Both the position numbers and the translations under genes were made by a program. The notes under the pieces are model-generated. The model was given only the letters and a program-made list of their open reading frames with translations, was not told the origin of the DNA and made no database searches. A stretch of 64,000 nucleotides of DNA from Candidatus Poribacteria bacterium (GTDB taxonomy: Bacteria > Poribacteria > WGA-4E > WGA-3G), in the NCBI GenBank assembly GCA_963663765.2, contig CAXXUA010000011.1, forward strand, positions 117,491 through 181,490. The letters are read 5' to 3'. This document shows, in pieces, positions 29,259 through 38,885 of the stretch (positions are counted from its first letter, which is position 1; every line of letters starts with the position of its first letter).

Positions 29259-30329
29259 TTATTGGTATCGTCTACGATCTGCTTCTTCTACTATCTCTTC
29301 ACCGAGTGATATATTCAGTTTTGATGCACATTCATGAAGTTGCGTGTTGATTGTATCTGGAATCTCAATACCGTCTATTAAACGTTGTGAACGATAGCGG
29401 GATTCATAATCTCCAGGAACTAAGACTTCATCAATCCCAGGTGCAGGTGGTGTATCTTTTACAGTATCTAAAAAAGCACGGACACCTTGTTGATATTCTT
29501 CTATAGGTGTAAAGGCATTTACATCAATCACTTGCATGTATATTCCACTCATCCGTCCGGTTTCAACATCAAACTTACCCGTTAATCCACCAAGCAGACA
29601 CGTAAACATCGATAGTGCATAGCCTTTATGTCTACCAAATGGAAGAAGTGAACCCCCTTCATAGAAATCGGAGGGTTTGATACTTGGCACACCGCTTTTG
29701 TCCAAAATACATCCTTTCGGTAAATCAATATCTTTGCTCCGTGCAACCTGTATCTTACCTTCTGCAATCATACTCGTAGCATAGTCTACAATGAATGGAG
29801 AATCGTCACCGGTAGGAACACCGATAGCAATAGGATTAGTACCGAATGCACCTTCTGCACCTCCAAAAGGAACCACTGGACCAACATTCTTACCTCCATT
29901 TCCAACGGTGATGAGACTCATACAACCAGATGCAGCTGCGTCTTCTGCATACTCACCCAAACGGCCAATATGTCCGGTGTTGTCTATATTCACACAACAT
30001 ATAACTGCTTTCTTTGCTTTCTCAATTGCTTTTCGTATTGCTATTCTTGAGACATAGTGTCCAAAACATCCATGTCCATCAAAAAGGAGAGTGTTGTCGG
30101 TTTCCGATACAATTTCAGGTTCTGCGGAAGGATTAATAACACCTTCTTCAATTCTTCTAATATAGGTTGGGATTCTAAGTACACCATGGGAATCATGACC
30201 TGTCAAGTGTGCATTGATTAGGATCTCTGCTACATCCTCAGCAATGTGTTGAGGGGTTCCTGCTCCGACAAAGATAGTACGTGCTATTGCATGAAGGTGA
30301 GGAGTATGAAAATGTTGCATTTTTTCCAT
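29259..30329 (-). CDS. Ldh_2 family oxidoreductase (second paralog)
   Basis: GHDSHG, HIGRLG, GTNPIA, DYATS, HKGYAL, VLVPG. Confidence 0.9.
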   Translation of the reverse strand: MEKMQHFHTPHLHAIARTIFVGAGTPQHIAEDVAEILINAHLTGHDSHGVLRIPTYIRRIEEGVINPSAEPEIVSETDNTLLFDGHGCFGHYVSRIAIRKAIEKAKKAVICCVNIDNTGHIGRLGEYAEDAAASGCMSLITVGNGGKNVGPVVPFGGAEGAFGTNPIAIGVPTGDDSPFIVDYATSMIAEGKIQVARSKDIDLPKGCILDKSGVPSIKPSDFYEGGSLLPFGRHKGYALSMFTCLLGGLTGKFDVETGRMSGIYMQVIDVNAFTPIEEYQQGVRAFLDTVKDTPPAPGIDEVLVPGDYESRYRSQRLIDGIEIPDTINTQLHECASKLNISLGEEIVEEADRRRYQ

Positions 30330-30479
30330 TTATGTGTCCTTTGATATGATATATATTTCTATATGATCTATGAAGCCTATAATATTCTATGTAATATTCT
30401 GTTTTTTCTCAAGAAAAACATGAAGGCATGTATAGAATTTGGCATGAATGAGGGTGTGTAGAGTCGATATACCTTATAT

Positions 30480-30652
30480 CTGAACCAGGATTTTCAGGAT
30501 TATTAGATTTTCAGGATTAGAGTCTGATGGTGTTATTTTCCATTCTAAACGGTTACATATTTGTGTCTATTACGATAGTGTTTATCGTAAGGAAAGGGAT
30601 TGATGCGCCAGCATATTATCCTGGAAATCTATAAATCACGAATATCGCGGAT
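30480..30652. repeat. CTGAACCAGGATT...AATC 9-bp-period inverted element
   Basis: CTGAACCAGGATTTTCAGGATTATTAGATTTTCAGGATT with a degenerate opposite arm. Confidence 0.6.
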
Positions 30653-30712
30653 AAGATTGTGTCTGAGACGTTATTGATAAGGATAAGTTCTATCTAAGCA
30701 ATACGATCATTG

Positions 30713-31288
30713 GGGTGTGTAAAGTTTTTGCACAAACTGCTCATTCTTCATTGTAGAGCGGGGTCTCTGTGCCCCGCCGCAAAATTGATTAAATGAGAGA
30801 TTGCGGTGGGGCACAGAGACCCATAGGTGTCAATATAAGGAAATATTGTTAATATCAACCATACTCTTCAGTCCCGTAGGGACGATATGTTTATAGAAAA
30901 CGAGTACCCTTCCCAGTTCTTTAGTCCCGTAGGGACGATATGTTTAACCTTCTATGTCGTTTCTATGGAACTCAAGCAAGAGAGGGTGATAACGCCTTTT
31001 TATAAACATATCGTCCCTAATGAAGTTTAAAAAATAAATTAGGTAATTCTATCTAATCCACCCTGGAAGGCGTGCTTTGTAAGCGCGCTGTTGGACTTGA
31101 TGTGCCAGCGCTCTTACAAAGCACCAAATCAACGGTATGAAACATGGAGCATGCCACAAGCGCATGCTTCTTTAGGCATTCCCCACCTACCGAGTGAGAA
31201 GTATTTATTTCCCGTTTAATAACTTAATCTTCATACGGGACTAAAGAGAACAAAAGTTTGTACCTCTGTGTAAGAACTTTACACACCC
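30713..31288. mobile_element. GGGTGTGTAAAG-TIR composite MITE, copy 1 (inverted relative to copies 2 and 3)
   Basis: Ends GGGTGTGTAAAG/CTTTACACACCC; AGTCCCGTAGGGACG REPs; nested TGAAG...CTTCA element at 31021-31233. Confidence 0.85.
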
Positions 31289-31443
31289 ATTATTGGTGGA
31301 AGTCTTCTTCGCGAAATCTGTGTAGTTCGCGATTCTGACAAAAAAGGTGACAAGAACTTTACACATCCCTTAACATGAGTGTTGAATATGTAATCTTGTG
31401 ATGTTATACTATCAAGAATACATCAAATGATTGGAGCATAGAA

Positions 31444-32532
31444 ATGAAACAGGTTACAATATATCGCGAATCGGGACGTTTTGCGGGATGGCCTGCAAAC
31501 TACGGAATATGGTCATGGGACAACGAAATTGTTGTCGGATTTACTGTAGGATACCACAAATCGGACGCAGGTTTTCACCGCCGAGATAGGGACAAGCCAT
31601 TTACAGCAATGCAAGCGAGAAGTACCGATGGTGGTGAATCATGGACTGTATCTGAAACTCCGTGCAGTCTTCCAGGTTCAGGTTCACTATCAGCAGATGA
31701 GCATGTGCAGGCAAATCTCAAACAACAAGGTAAAGCAGAATATTGTATACCGCAATCAGTTGAGTTTGAACATCCTGATTTTGCTATGATGTGTAGCAGA
31801 ACTGGACTCAGTAAAGGGGCGAACTCTTGGTTTTATACTTCAACCGACCGATGCCACAGTTGGGATGGACCTTACCAACTCCCAATGTTTGGTTACACAG
31901 GTATAGCTGCACGTACAGATTATCTAATTACGAACTCAAAGGAGTGTTTGCTGTTTCTAACTGCTTCCAAAACGAATGGAGAAGAAGGTCTGGTATTCTG
32001 TGCTAATACAACCGATGGTGGAAAGTCTTTCTCACGTTTTTCACAGGTTGGTCCAGAACCAGAAGGTTTTGCTATTATGCCTGCAAGTGTAAGACTATCT
32101 GATTCTCGTATATTAGTCGCAATGCGGTGTCGGGGTAGAAGTAGACAACAAAACAGAGATTGGGAACAACTACAAAATTGGATTGATCTGTATGCTTCTG
32201 AAGATAATGGACAAACTTGGAATTATGTGAATTGTCCTGTGGAAAACACAGGTCGTGGCGGTAATCCCCCCACCCTAACACAACTACAGGATGGTAGATT
32301 GTGTGTAACTTACGGATTCAGAGATGCACCCCACCGTATGTGCGCAAAGTTGAGTGAGGATGATGGAAAAAACTGGAGTGCTGAGATCGTCCTGCGCGAC
32401 AATGGAGGGGATCACGATATTGGTTATCCACGCACTGTTCAACGGGCGGACGGTGTCATGGTAACGGTCTACTATTTCAATGAGGAACCCGATGGTGAAA
32501 GATTTATTGAAGCAACTCTCTGGACACCTTAA
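31444..32532 (+). CDS. Sialidase-like BNR/Asp-box beta-propeller protein
   Basis: Asp-boxes STDGGESW, TTDGGKSF, SEDNGQTW, SEDDGKNW; DIGYP. Confidence 0.85.
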   Translation: MKQVTIYRESGRFAGWPANYGIWSWDNEIVVGFTVGYHKSDAGFHRRDRDKPFTAMQARSTDGGESWTVSETPCSLPGSGSLSADEHVQANLKQQGKAEYCIPQSVEFEHPDFAMMCSRTGLSKGANSWFYTSTDRCHSWDGPYQLPMFGYTGIAARTDYLITNSKECLLFLTASKTNGEEGLVFCANTTDGGKSFSRFSQVGPEPEGFAIMPASVRLSDSRILVAMRCRGRSRQQNRDWEQLQNWIDLYASEDNGQTWNYVNCPVENTGRGGNPPTLTQLQDGRLCVTYGFRDAPHRMCAKLSEDDGKNWSAEIVLRDNGGDHDIGYPRTVQRADGVMVTVYYFNEEPDGERFIEATLWTP

Positions 32533-32542
32533 TTTGAGAGTG

Positions 32543-33892
32543 TCACTCATTCTTAGATTCCAGTTGGAAACAGACGAGTCGGTCTTTTCCTCGAACATAT
32601 AAACGACCATCCGACAATACTGGTGCTGCCCATGCTGGATATTTAATCAATTGATTGCCATTTTCATCTGTTGGTACTGCGACAGAGATAAGTTCAGGTT
32701 TTTCAGGTGTACATTTGAGTAACATCAATCGTCCATATTCACCGAGAAAAATGAAGTAGTCATTCACCCAGAGCAATGACGCACGTTCATTGACGTTTTG
32801 TTTCCACATTATTATACCTGTCTTAAGTTCTACGCATCGCAAATCTGCACCACCAGAATGCCTTCCGCTGCTGCCATACAGGTATCCTTCATGGTGTATT
32901 GCTGTATTCCAGTGTAACTCCATTGCTCTGTTTCTACTGTTTCGTTCGTCTTTCCAAACAACATCGTAACCCCCCGGACGCACTTGAATTACCGAACTAC
33001 CAATCCCATAGGATTCACTGATAAACACATGGTCGTCTACTACAACAGGACAAGATGCATTGACTGACTCCATTTTTGAACTACGCCAAGGATAGTGGAA
33101 ATCTATATTACCTGTATCCGGCTCAAACCCAATCAGCCCTCCTCGTAAGAATGAAAATCCCCAACGTCTTCCGTTGATTGTTGCAAAGACTGGACTGGCA
33201 TAACTGGCAAGTTCATCAGCAATCTGATAAACAACTTCACCTGTCCGTTTGTTAAAGGTAACTATACCGCTACCATTTGGTTTAGGATTACCATTTGATT
33301 CCCATATATCTTTGGGTGTGCCTTTTGGGGATCCACCAGCATGAACGATTAGTAATTCTCCTTCAATTGCAGGGGTAGAAGCCACGCCAAAAAAGTTCTG
33401 AACAACATTAAATTTTGATGCTGTATCTACTTTCCAAATCCGTTTGCCATTATTGGTATTGACACAGTGCAATTCTCCTTCTGCACCAAATATATAGACA
33501 CGATCTTCATCAACAACGGGACAACTCCTGGGACCGTTGTTGTAACCGTACATATCTTCATAGTCAGTCGGATATTCATAAGACCAAAGTTCGTTTCCGT
33601 TGTTACTATCCAGACACGTGAGTCGTGCCATGTCTGCATAACGAGCAAAGACAAACACCTTACCATCAGCAATTGTGGGTGCACCATAACTTGTGCCAAT
33701 CTCATTGCTCCATAACACAGGGGGTCCTTTCTTTTCCCACGGCGTGATATTTATCTTTTCTTCAGATTTTCCGTTGCGATTGGGACCGAGAAAATCATTC
33801 CAATCTGAATCAGATATGGCAAAAGGACAAATGTTAATAAGAATTAATATGGGAAAAATGAGAAGTAGAGAGTAATAAAAGCGTTGTTTCAT
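32543..33892 (-). CDS. PQQ-like/BamB-like beta-propeller protein
   Basis: Signal peptide; DWNDFLGPNRNG, GPRSCPVVD, ASYASP, WAAPVLSDGRLYVRG; start may lie upstream at 33925. Confidence 0.88.
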   Translation of the reverse strand: MKQRFYYSLLLIFPILILINICPFAISDSDWNDFLGPNRNGKSEEKINITPWEKKGPPVLWSNEIGTSYGAPTIADGKVFVFARYADMARLTCLDSNNGNELWSYEYPTDYEDMYGYNNGPRSCPVVDEDRVYIFGAEGELHCVNTNNGKRIWKVDTASKFNVVQNFFGVASTPAIEGELLIVHAGGSPKGTPKDIWESNGNPKPNGSGIVTFNKRTGEVVYQIADELASYASPVFATINGRRWGFSFLRGGLIGFEPDTGNIDFHYPWRSSKMESVNASCPVVVDDHVFISESYGIGSSVIQVRPGGYDVVWKDERNSRNRAMELHWNTAIHHEGYLYGSSGRHSGGADLRCVELKTGIIMWKQNVNERASLLWVNDYFIFLGEYGRLMLLKCTPEKPELISVAVPTDENGNQLIKYPAWAAPVLSDGRLYVRGKDRLVCFQLESKNE

Positions 33893-33985
33893 AAATAATC
33901 CGTGACCACACCGATTCCGTACCATCAGAATCTCGGTTGACGCAGATTATGCGGCTTGGGTGGAAAAAATACCTGCAATAGATCC

Positions 33986-34592
33986 TAGTGTTGAGTCAAC
34001 ATACTCTTGTTGGTCGAGATTCGTAGATCGCTCCTACAGAAGTCTTGTGTATTGTGTGTATTGTGTGTATTGTAGGAGGGAACTCCGATTCCCGACTATA
34101 TTTTAGACGCATCAATAAACACGTGACTAAGCACTGGTGTTGAGTCAACATACTCTTGTTGGTCGAGATTCGTAGATCGCTCCTACAGAAGTCTTGTGTA
34201 TTGTGTGTATTGTGTGTATTGTGTGTATTGTAGGAGGGAACTCCGATTCCCGACTATATTTTAGACGCATCAATAAACACGTGACTAAGCACTGGTGTTG
34301 AGTCAACATACTCTTGTTGGTCGAGATTCGTAGATCGCTCCTACAGAAGTCTTGTGTATTGTGTGTATTGTGTGTATTGTAGGAGGGAACTCCGATTCCC
34401 GACTATATTTTAGACGCATCAATAAACACGTGACTAAGCACTGGTGTTGAGTCAACATACTCTTGTTGGTCGAGATTCGTAGATCGCTCCTACAGAAGTC
34501 TTGTGTATTGTGTGTATTGTGTGTATTGTAGGAGGGAACTCCGATTCCCGACTATATTTTAGACCCATCAATAAACACTTGACTAAGCACTA
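33986..34592. repeat. 4 tandem ~149-bp MITE-like units with back-to-back REP arms and a 9-bp microsatellite
   Basis: Units at 33988, 34137, 34295, 34444; unit 2 has one extra TGTGTATTG; outer ends TAGTGTTGAGTCAA/TTGACTAAGCACTA. Confidence 0.95.
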
Positions 34593-34614
34593 ATGCTTAG
34601 AATACCCTATCCTA

Positions 34615-35162
34615 CGCAAAAAAACCTCATGCAGATGTCTTCTCCGAGTTGTTCCGTGTCATCCGAGATTCTGTCTAAACCAGGATTATCAGGATTATCA
34701 GATTACAAGGATTACCATATTAAGGTTTTTTGATGCGCGTTGGAGTCTTCTTTTGAAATAGGATTTGATGAAAAAAATCCAAAAAAACTATTAATCCCAT
34801 ATAATGCCATACGCGCATTCAATCCAGGGGAATGCTTTATAGCATTCATACCCGGGGAATGCCTAAATGGCATTCATATCGTTGATTTCTTGATTTGAAA
34901 ATTCTGGTTCAGACAACAGAGGACGTTATAACTCAGAATAGATTCTATTCCTTCAAATTGGAATTTTAGGATAAGATTAGGATTACCCAATTAGTAAATT
35001 AAACTTCATTAATTTTAAAATATTGAAACCTGAACATCGGTCTTTAGTCCCGACAATGCCATGCGCGCATTCGACGGGACTAAGACATGGACAAGATGGC
35101 AACACATAAAATTAACGTCATAGCAAAAATTCATCAATAATACCTAAAACTGAATAACCCTG
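34615..35162. repeat. Nested 9-bp-period element, GAATGC hairpins and degenerate CAGGGTTATTCAG-type MITE
   Basis: CCAGGATTATCAGGATT...TTCTGGTTCAGAC; GGGGAATGCTTTATAGCATTC and GGGGAATGCCTAAATGGCATTC; CTGAATAACCCTG end. Confidence 0.7.
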
Positions 35163-35336
35163 AAAATGTTTTTCTTGACTTTATATCACACTTATTCTAT
35201 GGTAATAAAATATATTTGTAATTCACCAGTTCATAACTGACGGTAGAAACCAGAAACCTCTATAGGGATTGCAAAATCACTGACCTGCCAATTTCTGTAG
35301 TCTGACTAAACAAATAAACCTTGCTTCATGATATAA

Positions 35337-35708
35337 TTGAAGCATAACAGGAGACAGAAATACAAAGACTTTCTGATCAATTTTAACATGCTTAATAACA
35401 ATCTTTTTCGCTATACAGATCGGAAGAAAAAGTCTCTTACGACTCGTAGACTTTCATGGGGATTAAGAACGATCATCTTTGGCACTGTGACATTTTTCAT
35501 CATCAAAAGCTTAAAGAGTGGACTGGATTCGCCATTGGGATTGGATACCCCCACTATCGCTATATTCATAGTTGCTATAATTATATTTATGGTTATTCTC
35601 CTTAAACCGGTCCTTCGTCATTACATTGGAACTAATTTTAAGAGAATATATCTAATGATTTTGCTTATTCTTTTGTCCACTGTGTTGTTCATTTCACTTT
35701 TTCTATGA
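35337..35708 (+). CDS. Small orphan membrane protein
   Basis: Three hydrophobic segments; start uncertain (ATG near 35388 possible). Confidence 0.45.
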   Translation: MKHNRRQKYKDFLINFNMLNNNLFRYTDRKKKSLTTRRLSWGLRTIIFGTVTFFIIKSLKSGLDSPLGLDTPTIAIFIVAIIIFMVILLKPVLRHYIGTNFKRIYLMILLILLSTVLFISLFL

Positions 35709-35954
35709 TGCTTACCAGTATTCTGATACCGGTTGAAGATATGATGTCAGCAGCCAAACTATCAGCCGAAACAGGCGGTGCAACTGCTTGAGAATTTAAT
35801 TTGAATGTGAACAATATGACACAGAAATAGAAAAAGTCCTTACTAAACTCCTAAAAAGCCAAATGAAAACTTACTAAGACACGGTTGAAGAATATAATAA
35901 AAATATCCAGGGAGATGCTACACAAATAAGGAGACGTAATGTTTAAACGATTCA

Positions 35955-36980
35955 TTATGCTGCAGCCGCATATTCTTCATTAGCACGTTTCACAAGAGCA
36001 TTCATATAAGCAATCGTATATGCAGTACCGACACGATGATCACCTGCCATGCTTGGTATATGATCTGGTATCATCACGCCATTGAAGTCAACTTCACGTA
36101 AAACTTTCGCTACCTCATACATATCCTGATAACCGTTATCAACAAAGGTTTCAACGAAATGAGGTAGTGGTTTATCTACATTACGAAAATGAATTTTGAA
36201 AATCTTACCGCGTTCACCGAAATAGCGTATGGATTCAATTGCATCTTTACCCATTAAATCCCCGCCTTCCAGCCAGCAGCCAACACAGAAACACATTCCA
36301 ACGTTCGGACTGTCGGCAATCTCAAGGGCGCGTTTGTATCCATCAAAACTACTGAAAATGCATCTTGGGATTCCAGCAAGATTGAGTGCGGGTGGGTCAT
36401 CAGGATGAATGCCAATCATGACACCTACTTCCTCAGCAACTGGTGCCGCCTGCTTGATAAAATAGGTATAGTTATCCCATATTTCATCTTCACTAAACTC
36501 TCGTCCATGTGAAAGTGGCATTTTGAATTTTTGACCGCTCCAGTGTCCTTCTTGTGCAGTCTGGAAATTGAACGCCCGCGCACTGGCGCCACCACGGGTT
36601 GTTTCACGTTCAGTACTCCAAATGCCGTTTCCCATATGTGCATACGTTGTGTAAGGAATACCTGCTCTCCCCAAATCCCGGATGTATTTCTTGTACTGTT
36701 CAATTTTAGCATCCCGGTTCTCTAAGTTAAGCACAATCCCATCTTGATTGTGAACATCGCTGTTCCCGAACCCGTATATCTTCAATCCGGCATTCTCAAA
36801 AATCTCACGACGGCTCATAAAATAGTCATAATTCGCATTCTTGCCGTTTGTCCAGAGAACAACATACTCAACATCCATCTGTTTCGCGAACTGCAAATCT
36901 GCTTCGCTTGGTTCAGGAGACATCTGTGCAGTCACTTTCATTCCAGGTTCAATGTTTTTCAATGGGTTTTGTTTAGCCAT
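35955..36980 (-). CDS. uxuA: Mannonate dehydratase family protein
   Basis: IHPDDPP, FCVGC, IHFRN, MIPDHIP; GGAGG RBS. Confidence 0.88.
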   Translation of the reverse strand: MAKQNPLKNIEPGMKVTAQMSPEPSEADLQFAKQMDVEYVVLWTNGKNANYDYFMSRREIFENAGLKIYGFGNSDVHNQDGIVLNLENRDAKIEQYKKYIRDLGRAGIPYTTYAHMGNGIWSTERETTRGGASARAFNFQTAQEGHWSGQKFKMPLSHGREFSEDEIWDNYTYFIKQAAPVAEEVGVMIGIHPDDPPALNLAGIPRCIFSSFDGYKRALEIADSPNVGMCFCVGCWLEGGDLMGKDAIESIRYFGERGKIFKIHFRNVDKPLPHFVETFVDNGYQDMYEVAKVLREVDFNGVMIPDHIPSMAGDHRVGTAYTIAYMNALVKRANEEYAAAA

Positions 36981-37065
36981 TTTTCCTCCATACACATATT
37001 GGTAAAATCTGAGCAAATATCTTAGTGCAGTTGCGTTGTTGTAACTTGAGATCGGTAAGAGTCTT

Positions 37066-37265
37066 GTAGAGCAAACTGTTAGTTTATGTAAAGGTTTTCA
37101 ATTGTCCGAAATGGACAATTGTGGAAGGGGTTTGTAACTACGATTTCATAGAACAAGCATATCAAATCGGGGTTACAAACCCCTCCCACAAAGATATATT
37201 GTGACAATTGAATACCTCTGTTAGTTTGCATTCCACAGATGCACAAACTAACAGTTTGTGCTATA
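37066..37265. repeat. REP-like palindrome interrupted by an AGGT.TTCAATTGTC-ended element that carries another REP
   Basis: GTAGAGCAAACTGTTAGTTT...AAACTAACAGTTTGTGCTA; insert 37092-37217 with TIRs and GTGGAAGGGGTTTGTAAC...GTTACAAACCCCTCCCAC. Confidence 0.75.
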
Positions 37266-37286
37266 GTACTCACGTTTTATGTAGGA

Positions 37287-38684
37287 CTACTCATCGTCCA
37301 TGGCTTCTTCTTTGAGTCGATATAACTCCGCAGTCAATTCCTTAACGACATCAGCATACTCAGGATCATCATAGACACTACACATTTCGTTTGGATCTTT
37401 TTCAAGATCAAAGAGTTCCCATTCCGGTTCCTTTGATTCGTCAATTGATCCCGATGTACCTAAAGCTTCACCGTAGTAATAGATGAGTTTATACTTATGT
37501 GTCCGGATACCGTAATGCGCGCCAACATAGTGGTGAGATAGGTGCATCCAGTAGCGATAATACATAGACGTCCGCCAATCGTCTGGAACACTTCCCTCAA
37601 GAATAGGTCGCAAGCTTGCACCCTGCATATCTTCAGGAATTTCTATGCCCGCGTAATCCAACCACGTCTCTGCAAAGTCAATATTCAGAGCCATCGCATG
37701 AGTAGAACTACCCGCGCCAATTGCCCGAGGATAACGGACTATGAAAGGCATGCGTAATGACTCTTCATACATAAACCGTTTGTCATACCAACCGTGATCA
37801 CCCAAGAAGAATCCCTGGTCTGATGTATAAACCACCATAGTATCTTCGGTAATCCCTTCTTCATCAAGATAATCCAGTAATCTGCCAACATTGTCATCAA
37901 TAGATGCGACACAGCGGAGATATTCCTTGATGTAGCGTTGATATTGCCAGTTTGCCAATTCTTCATCAGATAAACCTTCCGGGGGTGGTCCAAATTTTTC
38001 AATTTTCAGGTCTCTATCGTTCATATGACCGAATACTCGCATCTTTGCTTCTTTGGCAGCATTAGAACGATTAGAATAGTCATCAAAAAAGTTGTCTGGC
38101 ATCTGGACATCCTCATCTTCAAACATATGTAGGTGCTTTTCATCGGAATCCCAAGGACGATGGGGTGCTTTGTGATGACTCATCAGGAAGAACGGTTTAT
38201 CTTTATCACGATTTTTCAACCAATCTAACGAGAAATCTGTGATGATGTCGGTAGCATACCCTTCGTGTTGTTTTCTTCCATCTTCTTCTATCATGACTGG
38301 ATCATGATACGCTCCTTGACCAGGAAGGACGTTCCAATAGTCAAAACCAGTCGGGTCAGCATCACCCCCATGACCAAGATGCCATTTACCAACAATCGAT
38401 GTCTGATACCCATTAGCTTGAAGCATTTTGGCTACATTCTGTTTTCTACCATCAAATTTGTCATTTAATGTCTTGACACCATTTAGATGACTATGCAATC
38501 CTGTCAAGATGTTTGCTCGACTGGGGGTGCAAATAGAATTGACGCAGAAGCAGTTTTGAAAAATCATCCCCCCATCTGCGATGCGGTCAAGGTTCGGTGT
38601 TTTGTTGATACGACTACCGTAGCAACTCATTGCATGAGATGCGTGGTCATCTGACATTATAAATAAGATGTTCGGTCTACTCAA
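37287..38684 (-). CDS. Sulfatase (formylglycine-dependent, S1 family)
   Basis: PNILFIMSDDH, CTPSRA, GKWHLG, SDQG, DKRFMYEESLRMP; TTG start with AAGGAG RBS. Confidence 0.95.
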   Translation of the reverse strand: MSRPNILFIMSDDHASHAMSCYGSRINKTPNLDRIADGGMIFQNCFCVNSICTPSRANILTGLHSHLNGVKTLNDKFDGRKQNVAKMLQANGYQTSIVGKWHLGHGGDADPTGFDYWNVLPGQGAYHDPVMIEEDGRKQHEGYATDIITDFSLDWLKNRDKDKPFFLMSHHKAPHRPWDSDEKHLHMFEDEDVQMPDNFFDDYSNRSNAAKEAKMRVFGHMNDRDLKIEKFGPPPEGLSDEELANWQYQRYIKEYLRCVASIDDNVGRLLDYLDEEGITEDTMVVYTSDQGFFLGDHGWYDKRFMYEESLRMPFIVRYPRAIGAGSSTHAMALNIDFAETWLDYAGIEIPEDMQGASLRPILEGSVPDDWRTSMYYRYWMHLSHHYVGAHYGIRTHKYKLIYYYGEALGTSGSIDESKEPEWELFDLEKDPNEMCSVYDDPEYADVVKELTAELYRLKEEAMDDE

Positions 38685-38810
38685 TTGTGTCTCCTTTGGT
38701 GTAAAATAACAAGCACTAATGAAGGTTTCAGATAACAATTATTTCATTATTAACAAGGATATAATATTAGTTTTTTCTACAAAAGTCAATCAATTTTGTT
38801 TTCAATTTTA

Positions 38811-38868
38811 CAGTACTTACGCCATCCCCCTTATCAAGGGTACTTTAAGAGGAAGTGCGTAAATCCTG
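38811..38868. mobile_element. Short degenerate CAGGACTTACGCA-type MITE
   Basis: CAGTACTTACGC...TGCGTAAATCCTG. Confidence 0.6.
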
Positions 38869-38885
38869 CAGAAAATCATTATACC

